A stretch of 64,000 nucleotides of DNA, taken from NCBI GenBank assembly GCA_963510375.1, contig CAUPES010000004.1, forward strand, positions 42,619 to 106,618. Direction: 5' to 3'. Position 1 is the stretch's first letter; every line of letters begins with the position of its first letter. Made by a program: the position numbers and the translations under genes. This stretch comes from an uncultured Fastidiosipila sp. (lineage in GTDB: Bacteria > Bacillota > Clostridia > Saccharofermentanales > Fastidiosipilaceae). Below the pieces are notes generated by a model. That model was not told where the DNA came from. It made no database searches and worked only from the letters and a program-made list of their open reading frames with translations. This document shows, in pieces, positions 39,705 to 52,467 of this stretch.

Positions 39705-42700
39705 TTATTCTTCGTCTTTCTTGCGTCTTACGACTAATACTCCTGCTATAGCTATGCTTATTAAACCTGCTGTCATTGTTATGTAGCTTGCTTCACCAGT
39801 CTTAGAGACTTTGTTTTCTGTTGGCTTACCTGCTGAAGTTGTTGGTTTTTCAACTCTACTTGACTCAGCTGGCTTGCTACTTTGACTTGGTGCTTCAGGT
39901 GTTGGCTCTGGGTTAACCACAGCTGCTTTCTTCCACTGTGCTACAAACGTATGATCTTCTACTGCTGTATATTTATCTCCTGGTTGATATTCTGATCCCT
40001 TCCAGTATAGGAATTCGTATCCTGCTCTTTCTGGTGCCTTAATAATATCAATGACTGTACCTTTGTCTACAACTAGAACTTTGTCCTCTGCTGAACCATC
40101 TGACCATTTACCTTCATTAACTTTAAATGTTATTTTTACTTCTTCAGCTTTTGGCTCTGGACTTGGTTCAGGCTGAGGTGTTGGTTTTGGAGTTGGCTGA
40201 GGTGTTGGCTCTGGTGTTGGCTCAGGTGTTGGTTTTGGAGTTGGCTCTGGTGTTGGCTGAGGTGTTGGCTCTGGTGTTGGCTCAGGTGTTGGAGTTACTT
40301 TCACAGCTTCAGCTTTGGCAATAAAGCTTGTGTCCTTAGTAATTTCAATGTCCCAAGGAGCTGTTGTAGGAGCTTTATCCATATCCTTATACCAAGCTGG
40401 TTTCTCGTAGCCATCTTTGGCACTATTCTCTAAGTTAGGGAATTTGTCTTGTGCCAACTTGTCATTTGGTTTAACAGCATAAGTCTTCTCTTCAACTGTA
40501 TTTTCTTTTATTGACTCTGCATCTTGTTTTACAGTTACCTTCAACCAACCTTCTGGGATTGGATCATTTTCGTTAATCTCAGAACCACTCTTGATAAAGT
40601 AAGCTGTATAGATATTGCCTGCTTTTGCTAAACCTAATTCTGGGTCCCATTTTGTGAATCCGTAATCAGCTGCTGGTACTGGCATGATATCTTTGACAGT
40701 AGTTAGATCTGTATCTGGTGCAACTTTTGCTCTTACTTCTACACCTTCCTTATCTCCAACTTTTACTTTACCCTTAGCTGCATCCTCTGATTTGAATGTT
40801 ACTGTGATGTAGTTCTTAGGTATGTCTTTTCCGTCATTGCCTTTGTCTGGTTCTTCCTCATCTGGTAGGTATGGGATGATCTTATCTGCTGTGAATTTTT
40901 CCCATATCCAGGTACCTGTGAACACATTTTCATCAGATTTAATAGATAATACTTTGCTTTCAGGTGCCCATGCTTTGAACTTCCATGATCCTTCGCCATC
41001 TTCGACTGAAGTAAATTCTATTTCTGGGGCTTTAATTGTATCTCCTGCATTTCCTTTTTTAATCAAAGCTTGATTGTTAAGTTGATCCATTACACCCTTT
41101 GGTAGGTTTTTGTCAGCTGTTCCACTTACAAATTTATAACTTATATCAACTTCGACAACTTTGTATCTTGCTATAATTTCTAGATCTGCATTTAGGGTCT
41201 CATTATATTCAGTTAATTCTTTTGAATACTCTTTTCCACTGATATTCCAGCCACTAAATTCACCACCAATATTTTGAACGGCTGGTATTTCTATGACTTT
41301 AACTTTTTCATCTTTAACTTTGTATTCTTCAATATTTAGAGCATCAGCAAATTTAGTACCCTTGAGTACCCAATATGAAATTTCTGTCTTATCTTGGTCA
41401 AACTTACCTTTTTCTGTAGATTTGAAAGTAACCTTGACATAGCGATCATCATTTGGATTTTCTTTTTTGATGATTTCTTTTGCTTCGAAAGTCAGGTCTC
41501 TATTAATTGCTTCACTATCTAATTCACTAATATCTTTGCCGTCTAACCATTCGACAGTCTTTTCATCTTTTGCGACCCATTTGTAGTTATTAGCAGCATC
41601 CAAAATATCGTTGTTTACTAAATCAGCAATCTTGAAGAATTTATTTGGAATAATATTTTTAATATTCTTGTTCCAAGCTTCATTGTTTTTAACTTTCTTC
41701 TCTACCAATGCAGAGAATGGCAAGGTAGGATTTTGATCTCCTATATTAATAGCTCCTGCATCACCTTTTTCGAATTTAACTGTTCTAACTATCTCATATC
41801 TTGGATAGTTGGTTACAGTTTCTACATACGATTTTGGATCACTTAACGTATCTTTACTTGATACACTTGCACCGTATGCAAATCCGTTAGCAGCATAGAT
41901 ATATCCATCTTTGGCTGCGGTGACATTTTCTTCAGTATCGCTTACTACTGGAACCTTAAATATCGCCAGCTTACTTGGATCAATTTGTCCTGAAACAAGT
42001 TTGATCTGGAACATCTTAACTGCAGACCAGTCATTAATTTCACTCTCTGCTACGAAGTTTGCTTGCAAGTTTGTTTCAAGGTTTCCTGGTTCAGCTGTTG
42101 AATAAGTGATCTCAAATTTAGCATCCTTATTACTTGTAAACTGTTTAGAAGCAGTATCAACAGTAACAGGACCAGTCAACATTAGTCTAGTTCCACTATT
42201 ACGTTCTTGTCCTGATATCTGCATCTTATCATTTTTATGAGCTAGAACATCTACTATTCTCATGCTCTTTATAGGACCGTCTAATTTGTTTTCAATACCT
42301 AGACCCAAATTATGCTTAGCACCTAATGGATAAACATTAGAAATATTATGTTTTAAATTATAGTAGTCGTCTTCTACTACTTTTCCATTTTTCTCATCAT
42401 GTCTTAGAGATGCTGCTGAACCAAATACCTTAAAGGTTGATCCATATTCGACGTTATATTTACCCCATAAGAATTTTTCATTAGTCTTACCATTTTGGTT
42501 TAAATCGCCTCTATCATCATGCTCAAGGTGACCATCAAAACTTGCATAGTTAACAAAGGCATTATTGCCATAGTTATCATATACTAGATGATAATCAAGG
42601 AAGAACAATCCTGTAGGACGTTTTTCGTCTTTAAATGTTACATCATATTGAATTCTAAATTCATCTATAAATTCAGCTAAATTCTCATCATCAAGTGGTA

Positions 42701-45005
42701 CAACATAAAATAATTTACCACCACGATTTTCCTTGCTTATGTTTACATTTTTATACTCTTGGTCAGTTCCATATTTATTAGATCTCACCTTAATCGAAAC
42801 ATCTAAAGTATCTTCGAATCCTGGAACCTCTATTAAAAGTTTCGGATTTTTAAGATACTGTCTTTGACCTAAGGCTCTTAGATTATTTTTTAGCTCTTCT
42901 TTATCTTTTACATAAAGATTGAAATAAACATCTATATTCATGCGAACAGTATCACCTGTATTGGCAACTACTTTTTTGTTTTTGTCTACAAACTCATCGC
43001 TATCCTTTAATTTATGGGCATAACTAGGGTGTTGGTCCATATTAACCCGACCTAATAGAGCTTGGATTACCAATTCAGACATATCCGACGTCTTAAAGTC
43101 ACTGGAATATTTTACATATCTATCAACTCTTTCTTCTTTACTTGTATTTGTATAGAAGTATCCAGCTATAGCTATATTTAATTTTCTATCTGTTAATTTA
43201 GTCTTTCCGTATTGGATGTCATATTTATCAACTTTATCAGCTTGTTTCCAATTCTTATAGTTATCGTAGTTATCATAGTCTTGGGAGAATACCTTCGTTG
43301 AAAGGTTCATTGTTAAAGATTCACCTTGAGGAATTGTTATTGCCTTACTAAATACAACTTTTGGTCTTACATATTTCTCTGGTTCAAAAGTAACTTCTTC
43401 ATGTAAGGTTTTAGTTCCCAAATCAACAACCTTACCACTATCTACATCAATTGCAGTAAGCTTATATGTGATATCTCCGTCTAACTCGCTTAACTTACTT
43501 GTATCAAAACTTAACTTTGTAAGATAGAAGTTTTTTTCCATTTGGAAATTATCAATATTACCTAAATATAAATTCAATTCTGGTTTCTTGCTGTAATTAT
43601 TATCATTTTTTATTTCTAAAGTCCAATTTGTTTCTTTTTCTTTATTGTTGTTATAGTAATAATCTCCAGAATTCTTTAGTGTAACTTTAGATCTCAAATC
43701 GAGTTTATTATCTGGACGAGATGGTCTTTCTTTTTCTATATAGTAGCTAGCAGAATAAGTAACTGTTTTTGATTGAGTTTCTGCTATCTCTTTATCATTT
43801 TCATCTACCAAAACTACTGATACATCAAATACATCATGACTCTTAGCTACCTCATATCCTGGTAGCTTGATGCTAACACTTGTATTAGCGTCTACATATT
43901 CAGTTGTACTTTGATTTTTAATTGTAGGTATTACGTATTTATAATAAGAACCATCATTAGCTTTTGTCCATGATGAATCTGTTATCTTAACCTCACCTTG
44001 GTCAAGAGTTTTTGGAGTCAATTTAACCTTAACTTTATCTGGTAAATAAACTCCTGTGTCTGTATGAGATCTTGCTTGCCAGAAATAAGTATCTCTAACA
44101 TTTATGTAATAAGTTAAATCTTTTAGTATATTCTCATCTTCAACAAGATTTTTCTTGTCTGCCTTTATTTGAGCGTCATCTTCTTTTAGATACCTACTAT
44201 ATGAGTAACTTCTTGATTCCGCTACATAATTGGATTTTGCATGAATCTTCAAACCATAAACTTCATCAGAAATTTTTTGATTGTTTTCGTCATACAAAAT
44301 ACCCTTTACATCTATGGTAGATCCATGTTTAATTTTTGGATTTACTAATTGATCATTAACATAATGAGGTAACTTAACTTTTACTCTAACTTGAAAAGCT
44401 AATATTGATCCGACCTCAAGTTCATCACTTGATACTTTGAGATAAATATTGTCTTTATCTGCATGAGCATCTATTGTTAAATTATTGCCACCTAATATTT
44501 GATAGCCTTTCTTAGAAAAATAATCTTCCTCTAAATATTTTCTTGGAATTGTAATATCAGCATGCAGACCCTTTATTACATCATCATCTTTTGCATTTCC
44601 CTTGTTCTATGCCTGTAACTTAATATTGATATCAGCAATAGCACCTGTAGGAATCCAACCTTCTTCAGCTTTATTTTCAGGCTTGTTAGATTGATCAACT
44701 ATGCTTGTACTAATAGCAAGTGATCCTTCAACATCTTCACTTGAAGTATTTTTTGCCTGTCTCAACTGATTAGCTTGGATATTTGAAATATCATCCGTGC
44801 TATCTTCAATTTGTTGGTCTCGCTTGTTATCGCTTGACTTCTCTTCTCCGTTTAAATCTTCACTAGTTTGCTTAACCTCAGTATTCTGAGTAACTTCATC
44901 AAGATTATTTGCAAATACTAGATTAAGTGGATATAAACTTGGTGCAATTAAACCTAGCATCACAAATACTAATAAAGTAAATGTTAGCAATTTACGTCGT
45001 CTCAT
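39705..45005 (-). pseudogene. Large cell-wall-anchored adhesin-like protein (1766 codons) interrupted by one in-frame TAG at 44607-44609
   Basis: ORFs 44607..45005 and 39705..44297 share a frame (708 nt apart) and the bases between them are open; signal peptide, repeated modules, (PEPT)n linker, InlB-B repeat, VSKTG, TM helix and basic tail. Confidence 0.85.
40150..40295 (-). repeat. 12-nt coding tandem repeat encoding (P-E/Q/K-P-T)n
   Basis: Plus-strand ggtgttggctct/ggtgttggctca/ggagttggctga units. Confidence 0.9.
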
Positions 45006-45145
45006 CTTAGCCCCTCCTACCTTGCCTAAATAATAGATATTTATACCTTACTATTACAAGATGATTAAATTCTGATACCCATTTCACATGGGATTCATAT
45101 TTAAAAATTAGCACTTTCAACAAGCAAAGTCAAAAATTAAGGGGT

Positions 45146-45976
45146 TTACAGTGCATTTTCCAGGAAATTTACATAGCCTTCCTGGTAAATTCCCTCTTTT
45201 TTTAGTTCATTGTCAATAATAATGAACATTCCAGTTATTGCCGCAAACTTGTCAAAAAAATTTCCGGCACTTGCTTCAATCATGAATTGTCTTTGTTTTT
45301 CTGGATTTGTTTCCTTGAGGGCCAGATTAAGCTTCGCAAGATTACGTTCATAATGTTCTTCTCTATACTCTTGATAATTAGCTTTTAAAATATCATCAAC
45401 ACTTAAATAGTGGGCAAAGCCTTCATCAAATACTAATTGTAAAAGTTCATTTCGATAGGACGCATTAGCATCTATGTCAGCTATGTCAGCTTTATTCGCC
45501 TCCGCACCTTGCTTATTTTTTAAATCTTTGGCATACAACGCGTGGAAAAGTTCATGAGTTACTAACCGCCTAATACTCATAATTAAGTTATCAGGATCTG
45601 AACTATTAATTCTATTGAGGTCAAAGATTATAACTTGTTCACCGTCTTTGATTCTAGTCATTGCATCAAAAGGATAAGGACAACCCACGATCAACCTAAT
45701 TTTCAAGTCATTTTCAAAAGTGTCTCTCCAATCTGGAAATACTTCAGCAAAAAATTCTTGATTTAAAGGTTGAAAATTTAACAGATTAGCTTTGACCAAT
45801 TCATTAAGATCCATGAGTTCATATCTTGATATTTCAGGTTTGGCAAACTTATGCTCACCTGGAATTAAATTATAAAAAATCCAATCCTGTGAAATATCTT
45901 GTTCACTCAGGTAGTCCAAAATTAAACTATCATCTATATGCATGGCGAATCCTACTTTCTTCTTATAGTAATCCAA
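45146..45976 (-). CDS. Putative zinc-dependent (HEXXH) protease
   Basis: LVTHELFH with downstream DEGFAHYLS. Confidence 0.7.
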   Translation of the reverse strand: MDYYKKKVGFAMHIDDSLILDYLSEQDISQDWIFYNLIPGEHKFAKPEISRYELMDLNELVKANLLNFQPLNQEFFAEVFPDWRDTFENDLKIRLIVGCPYPFDAMTRIKDGEQVIIFDLNRINSSDPDNLIMSIRRLVTHELFHALYAKDLKNKQGAEANKADIADIDANASYRNELLQLVFDEGFAHYLSVDDILKANYQEYREEHYERNLAKLNLALKETNPEKQRQFMIEASAGNFFDKFAAITGMFIIIDNELKKEGIYQEGYVNFLENAL

Positions 45977-46005
45977 TAAATTAAAGGCTTAAATTCTAAA
46001 CTAAT

Positions 46006-46875
46006 CTACTCGTCTACTGGAAACTTTTGCAAAATCCAAGCAAAAATTGCTTGTTTAACTTCTGGACTCCAGAAGTTATTTTCGTGAACTGCACCATCAA
46101 CATAGTAGGCTTTCACATCTGCATTAACATCTTTGAGAGCTACATACATTTTCTCCATATGCTCAACTGGAACTACAAGATCTTCTGTACCACTTAACAA
46201 TAGAAACGGAATTTTACTATTACCTAAACTTACTAGATTAACTGGGCTCAAAGCTTTCAGCTGTTCAATCCATGTACTCTCATCTTTTCCGAGAGCCATT
46301 TTTAGCAATTCTGAAACTTCCGTATCTCCAGCTAGGTTCTCAAAAATATTAGTCATATCTGTTGGTCCAAAGCATTCTGCTACAGCACGTACTGCATCAC
46401 TTTGCTCGGGATATTCATCTGTCTTATATTGTTCCTCATCACCCGTTAAACCAACTAAAAGTGCTGTATTACCACCTGAAGAAGTACCATATATCATTAT
46501 CCTATCTGGATCAATATTGTATTGTTCTGCATTAGCTCGCAAAAATCTAATCGCACACTTAACATCTTTGAGAAAGGTTGGTAATTTATAACCAGCTTGA
46601 TAACTTCTATGTGAAACGGTTGCGACAATATAACCAGCCTCCGCATATTCAGACAACATCGGAATTTGGAAATTCAAATTAGGAGTAGTCCAGCCACTAC
46701 CTTGTACGAAAACAATAACTGGTCTCGGGCTAATCTGCTCACGAGCTTGATTAACTGCCCATGGCATTATTAACGTTAAACACTGACCAGATTTACTATA
46801 TTGAATATCAGGGAATATTTCTGCCTGCCCTTGCAAAGTTGGATTATTTGGTAAGTGCTCTATTTCTGAAAACAT
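46006..46875 (-). CDS. Alpha/beta hydrolase (esterase/lipase)
   Basis: QGSGW oxyanion loop, GTSSGG nucleophile, GTEDLVVP, GAVH. Confidence 0.88.
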   Translation of the reverse strand: MFSEIEHLPNNPTLQGQAEIFPDIQYSKSGQCLTLIMPWAVNQAREQISPRPVIVFVQGSGWTTPNLNFQIPMLSEYAEAGYIVATVSHRSYQAGYKLPTFLKDVKCAIRFLRANAEQYNIDPDRIMIYGTSSGGNTALLVGLTGDEEQYKTDEYPEQSDAVRAVAECFGPTDMTNIFENLAGDTEVSELLKMALGKDESTWIEQLKALSPVNLVSLGNSKIPFLLLSGTEDLVVPVEHMEKMYVALKDVNADVKAYYVDGAVHENNFWSPEVKQAIFAWILQKFPVDE

Positions 46876-46921
46876 ATGATTCTCCTTTTTATTTTGACTT
46901 GTCTTTTACGCTGAAATGCTT

Positions 46922-47080
46922 TTATTTTGGCATATTAGCTTGGATAAACTCCTCGACTTTTGCCCAATATGCTGAATAATCTGCATATATAGCTTCTGCG
47001 TGCCCTGCCGTTTTCGAAATGAATTTATCTTTAAAACCTTCTGACTTGGCATTATATAACTCATCTAACATGTAGAAAGA
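46922..47080 (-). pseudogene. C-terminal remnant of another alpha/beta hydrolase
   Basis: FYMLDEL/(frameshift)NAKSEGFKDKFISKTAGHAEAIYADYSAYWAKVEEFIQANMPK*; catalytic-His region AGHA; no 5' part. Confidence 0.6.
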
Positions 47081-47135
47081 AGCGGCTTAAACACATTGTT
47101 CAAGTCGCTTGCTTCGGTTAAATTTTATTTTTAAA

Positions 47136-48110
47136 CTAAACTGCTTTTTGGTCGTACAAGCTTTCGCCTAATTCATTCAATCGCTTTTCCCATTCTGCTT
47201 CGGATAAATCGTGTTGAAGTACGTAGCGATTTCTCTTATCACGTCTACATTCTGGACTACAGGATCTTAGATATTTCTCCTCGTTAGCTTCGCTCATGAA
47301 AGTCTGTCGATTACAGTCCGGATTGGCACAGTTGATATAGCGATCGCAAGGAGTACCATCGAAGTGGTCTCTACCGGTAATTGTTGGGTTTACGTGATTA
47401 ATTGGTACGGAAACTCTGCTATCAAATACGTACATGCTACCTTCCCAGAACTCACCTTGAACCTCTGGATCTTTACCATAAGTATCGATTCCACCGTGTA
47501 ATTGTCCAACTTGGTCTGAAATTCCTTCTCTCAACATCCATCCAGAGAACTTCTCACAACGGACACCACCAGTACAGTACATGGCGACTTTTTTGTCCTT
47601 AAACAACTCCTCATTATCCTTGATCCATTGAGGTAATTCCTTGAAAGTCTTAATATCTGGTCTAATAGCACCACGGAAATGACCTAGGTCGTATTCATAG
47701 TCGTTTCTAGTGTCTAAAATTACAGTATTCTCATCTAGAATTGCTTCCTTAAATTCTTGCGGACTCAAGTATTGTCCTGTTGTCTCAGTTGGAGAAAAGT
47801 CATTCTCCAAGTGCAATGTAACAATCTCATCTCTGAATTTAACTGACATTCTCGGGTGGGTAAATCCATCTGCCTCATCAACCTTGAACCAGACATCTTC
47901 GAAACCTTCTAAGCTGTGCAAGAAATCTTTGTACTGATCTGTTTGCTCTACAGTACCAGAAACAGTTCCGTTGATACCTTCATAGCCTACGATGATACGG
48001 CCTTTTAGTCCGATACTGTTGCAAAATTCTAAATGCTCATCTCTGAATTTTTCTGGATCTTCAATATGTGTATATTTGTAATATAGTAAAACTCTGTAAT
48101 CTTTTGCCAT
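47136..48110 (-). CDS. trhO: Rhodanese-domain tRNA uridine(34) hydroxylase (TrhO/YceA)
   Basis: [49 protein letters not shown]. Confidence 0.9.
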   Translation of the reverse strand: MAKDYRVLLYYKYTHIEDPEKFRDEHLEFCNSIGLKGRIIVGYEGINGTVSGTVEQTDQYKDFLHSLEGFEDVWFKVDEADGFTHPRMSVKFRDEIVTLHLENDFSPTETTGQYLSPQEFKEAILDENTVILDTRNDYEYDLGHFRGAIRPDIKTFKELPQWIKDNEELFKDKKVAMYCTGGVRCEKFSGWMLREGISDQVGQLHGGIDTYGKDPEVQGEFWEGSMYVFDSRVSVPINHVNPTITGRDHFDGTPCDRYINCANPDCNRQTFMSEANEEKYLRSCSPECRRDKRNRYVLQHDLSEAEWEKRLNELGESLYDQKAV

Positions 48111-48243
48111 GTGGTTCTCCTTTGGATTGGTGATTTATTGTGTTTGTTAAAGATTTTTGTTTTTTCTTATCCTTATTGCTGCTAATTATAAAACAGGAAA
48201 GAGGATTTTTAAAGGATTGTACTTTCTCAATTCTGTGGAATTT

Positions 48244-51017
48244 CTATTCTTCTGTTATTTCTTTATATAATTTTATCAACTCAGCTACAATATCTGCTTC
48301 AGTCATATTTCTCCAGTCAAATCCATATGCTTCCATTACGGCCCTGTCATTTTCTTGATGAGCTTTTCTTAGTTCTGGTGGCATAGTGAATTCATCATAC
48401 AAATCAGCTAAAGAAGAATCGGGATATAACGATCTAGTATTTAATATTTCTTGTGCTGTTTTTTCGATTAAACTTTTACTATTATTATTTATCTTAGGCC
48501 ATGGAAACGTATTGTATACAAGCGTATTTGAATATCTATAATCTCGTTTTAGCCTACCAGCAAATATTCTCATCCAAGACATATGAACATTCGATGTTAA
48601 TATACCAAATTCATAAACGTTAGCATCATCAATATAAAATAAGGCATTTGTGTATACGACCTTATCTGGCATAAAATCCATAGGTATATATCTTCTATTT
48701 TCAGAAGAAACAACAGGAACAACTATATTTGTTTTCTTTGGGACTTGTGTTTGAAAAAATAGTGTTGGTTTATCTGCTAATTTCCGAGTTGTTTCTGCTT
48801 CACTTTTTTCTCTAAATTCTTGTACTTTCTTTACTCTATCTTTTACTAGGCTATTATTGTTTATTATATCGGGAGGACAATCTTTTAAATATAAGCAATA
48901 TTCTTTTTCGTCATTTCTCTTTTTATTTATAAAATTTCTAGAATTTAAATATTCGTATATATACGGTTTAATTTTTGGATCTTTTTTAATAAAATTTTCT
49001 CTCTCTTCAAAAGTTAATCTGAAATTATCTCCATCAATTAACTGAGCTCCTTTAGTCATTTTAGAAGAATTTGATATAGGTTTAGAAGTTCTCCTCATCA
49101 CTATAAATTCCCCCTCAAACAAATAAGGATTAATCTTAGAAACAATTCCTTGAACTCCATTTTTGAATAAAATCTTTTTATTAGTTCCTTCATATGAAAA
49201 GCCTATAATTACACAGAATACTGAAGCTTTATCATTTGCTTCACTAGACCAAATAAAATTTTGGTGTGCAAAATCAATTTCAAATTTATAATTATTGTAA
49301 AGTTGTTCCCACATATTTTGTATTGCTTCACCTTGAGTAATAGAATTAGTTGAAACAAAAGCACACCTAACTTTACTGTCTTGAATAAATTTTAAACTTT
49401 TACTATACCACCCTGCAACATAATCAATTGATCTCATATTTATAAATAAAGACTTTAATTCCATTTTTTGAGATTTACTCAATTGTTTATATCCAACAAA
49501 CGGCGGATTCCCCATAATATAATCCAACTCGTCTTTAGAAACTACATTTTCCCAATCAATCCTCAAGGCATTCGCTTCAACGATGTTTGAATAAGTTTTT
49601 AGTGGTAGGAAATCTAAGTTCATATTGACTATGTCTTCAGTTTCTTTCATCATTTGCGAATCAGCTATCCACAATGCTGTTCTTGCTACTGAAACTGCAA
49701 AGTCATTAATTTCAATACCATAGAATTGTGAGATTGATACTTTAATAGGGTTGTGAATATCCCCCATAATTATTTGAGAGCCTAACAACTCTTTAAGAAT
49801 TTTATTCTCTAACTTTCTTAATGAAATATAAGTTTCAGTCAAAAAGTTTCCACTTCCAGCAGCTGGGTCTAGGAATTTCAGAGATGCAATCTTATCATGC
49901 AATTCTTCTAATTTTCTTCTTTTTAGATTTATGGTCTTTAAAGAAATTGCTTCATTAAATTCTTCATTAAGAGCATCCATGAATAATGGATCAATAACTT
50001 TATGAATGTTCTCTATGGAAGTATAGTGCATACCACCAGAACGCCTTGTTTCAGGGTTCAAGGTAGATTCAAATACCCCCCAAATATAGTTGGACTAATT
50101 TTTGACCAGTCAAAGTTGGCAGAGGCTTTGTTCAAAATAATATCAATAATTTCTTCATTAACTCTTGGAACTACCAGGTTTTCATTTTCGAATAATCCAC
50201 CATTAACATATGGGAAAGCCAGAATCTCATCTGACAAATATGGATCTCTTTCGTACTCTTCTTGGTCCAAAACCTTAAATAATTTTATTAGAGCATCTCT
50301 GAAGCTAGAAGGATTGTTACTGTATGTTTTTAAATAGTCATGGAACATGTTATGCCTACCAAATAGACCAGCATCTTCTGCGTAGAAACAGAAAACTAAA
50401 CGAACACATAAGATATTTAGATCTCTTAGGGTATTTTCATCTTGAGGGTTATTATATTGTTTAAATAGTGCATCATATAATGTACCTACCAGTTCACCTG
50501 CTTGGATAGATACTTCAACTGATCTCTTAATGTACTCATCTTCTTCATCAACTAAAAAATTAAGTCTATAGTAATCTTCCTCTAAATCCTTCAAGTAAAC
50601 AACTTCTGGATCTGACTGTGGTTTGTTCATATCATAAATATGAAATTCTTTAAAGTTACTTAAAACTATCCATCTTGGTCTGTCATCATAAGGAAGCTCT
50701 ATTGAGTACCTTTTCGCCTGTTGGAAAGGAGAGAGATAAGAACCATCTGACTGTCTTATCTCTTTGCTTAAATCTTTATCCATGGATTTTTGTTCAATTA
50801 GGACATGGGTAGAAGGGATAAATCCATCAATAAAACTAGTATGATCCAGCATAACTCTATCTTCAAAACGAATATATTCAGCTGGTCTGTCAACTCCATA
50901 TACTTCATTTAAAAGAGACATCCAGAATCTAGCTGAATCTCCCTTTTCGTAGCCTACACCATCCCATTTTTCAGCAAACTCTCTTGCTGCTTTTCTTATC
51001 TCTCGTTGTGTTCGCAT
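48244..51017 (-). pseudogene. MmeI-like type IIL restriction-modification enzyme, frameshifted at a G6 run (50076-50081)
   Basis: Nuclease FIDGF...LIEQKS; LCVRLVFCFYAED, FPYVNGGLF, ISPTIFG|VFESTLNPETRRSGGMHYTS, FLDPAAGSGNFL, GNPPF, LADLYD; one added base gives 924 aa. Confidence 0.88.
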
Positions 51018-51393
51018 TTATTTACCTCATGAAATATCTAAGTTTTCAAAGCTTGATTTAATTTCGCACTGAACAATTCAAATTCCATAACAATTCAAAT
51101 ATTGTTTCAGAATGCAAAAATATTTACAGATATCCTACCAAAATAGTGCAAAAATATACTTATATTAATTCTACCATTATCTTGTCTAAAATCTCTAAAT
51201 CTAATGGCAGATATAAATAACAGATATAAATCACTGGTATAAAAATGTTAAGAGCTATTTTTTCGAGAAATTTATTCGCACACAAAAACCTCGTTTTCTC
51301 AAATGAGATCACGAGGTCTTTGAGTTTTTATTTTAGCTTTACTCTTACATGCTGATTTTAAGCGTGAATTGGAAATTGCTTAATAAAGTCTTA

Positions 51394-52047
51394 CTACCTC
51401 TCATCATCCAACTTAGTTTTGTAACCAGCATTTCTGTCAGGTCTATAAGCATTTGGATATTGTTGGTCAGTTGTAACATCGAGAGCATTTTTCTTAATTA
51501 ACTTGTATAAGTCATAAGGCTTCTCAACGCCAATCAACTTGAAACCACTTTCAACATAACTGCTGTCGCCATCAGAATAGGTACGATCTGGTGTTAAAGA
51601 AATTGTACCTCTATTCATCATTTTACCTAGCAGACCAACATTAACGTTTAATTTGTCTATTTCTCTATACTCAATATTTTGGATATCCTTGCCGATTATA
51701 CCTGACTCAATATAAATTCTTAGGTCGGTCACGTAATATTTAACCTTGAACGACTCAATAATTTTCTTTATTGGTATGAATACAAAAATAATAAACATTA
51801 CAAAAAGTATTATATATGGGATTAATGCATATATATCAAAGGATCTGCCGAAAGGATTTGCTTCTGAAATTTTACCAAACTCTCTTGACATGAAGAAACT
51901 TTTACTTGATATAAAAAGCATCACACCTGCCCAAATAATCAAAAATATAACATTAAACAAATTAAATCCACTAAAGAAATACATCAGCTTGCTTGGTCTA
52001 CCTTCCCAAAGGATTTTCTCGTTATCGTCTATAAAATAAGGTTTCAT
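51394..52047 (-). CDS. Membrane protein with a bacterial PH domain
   Basis: ATG 52047 after AGGAGG; EKILWEGRP, two TMs, YYVTDLRIYIESG. Confidence 0.78.
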   Translation of the reverse strand: MKPYFIDDNEKILWEGRPSKLMYFFSGFNLFNVIFLIIWAGVMLFISSKSFFMSREFGKISEANPFGRSFDIYALIPYIILFVMFIIFVFIPIKKIIESFKVKYYVTDLRIYIESGIIGKDIQNIEYREIDKLNVNVGLLGKMMNRGTISLTPDRTYSDGDSSYVESGFKLIGVEKPYDLYKLIKKNALDVTTDQQYPNAYRPDRNAGYKTKLDDER

Positions 52048-52218
52048 AATTACCTCCTTAACATTATTTACCCCTTCGATACTCAGAATTATACAACTAA
52101 AATGCATAAGGTGGTATGCTTATTTTATCCAAACTGATAATATATCCTGTCTCGGCAAAACTTAGTGAAAAAGTGAAAAAGTGAAAAAGTGCAGAAATTC
52201 TAAAGGAGGTATTAATTC

Positions 52219-52410
52219 ATGAAAGATAATTCTTTAGCAATTTTAGGAATTGCATTTTTATTATTTGCAAATCTTCTAGGGAAAGGATTGATTCCCATAA
52301 TAATTGGAGTGTTGGCACTAGTAATAATATTCTGGGGCTTGTTGTCTGATGGCGAAGACGCAGAGACGAAAGATACAGAAAACATCAAAGATATTGAGGG
52401 CAAAGAATAA
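52219..52410 (+). CDS. Small two-TM membrane protein
   Basis: AAAGGAGG RBS; hydrophobic N-half and acidic tail. Confidence 0.7.
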   Translation: MKDNSLAILGIAFLLFANLLGKGLIPIIIGVLALVIIFWGLLSDGEDAETKDTENIKDIEGKE

Positions 52411-52467
52411 ACGGAAGAGAAAAGAGACAAGAACTATCCATTGATAATTGAAGCGAGGTGATTAACA

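Noticed and set aside
44607..44609. Pyrrolysine or other amber recoding
   Set aside because: No pyl genes in the window and TAG is a normal stop for many genes here.
52163..52191. (AAAAGTG)-like short tandem repeat upstream of the small membrane protein
   Set aside because: Three low-complexity copies with no evidence of function.
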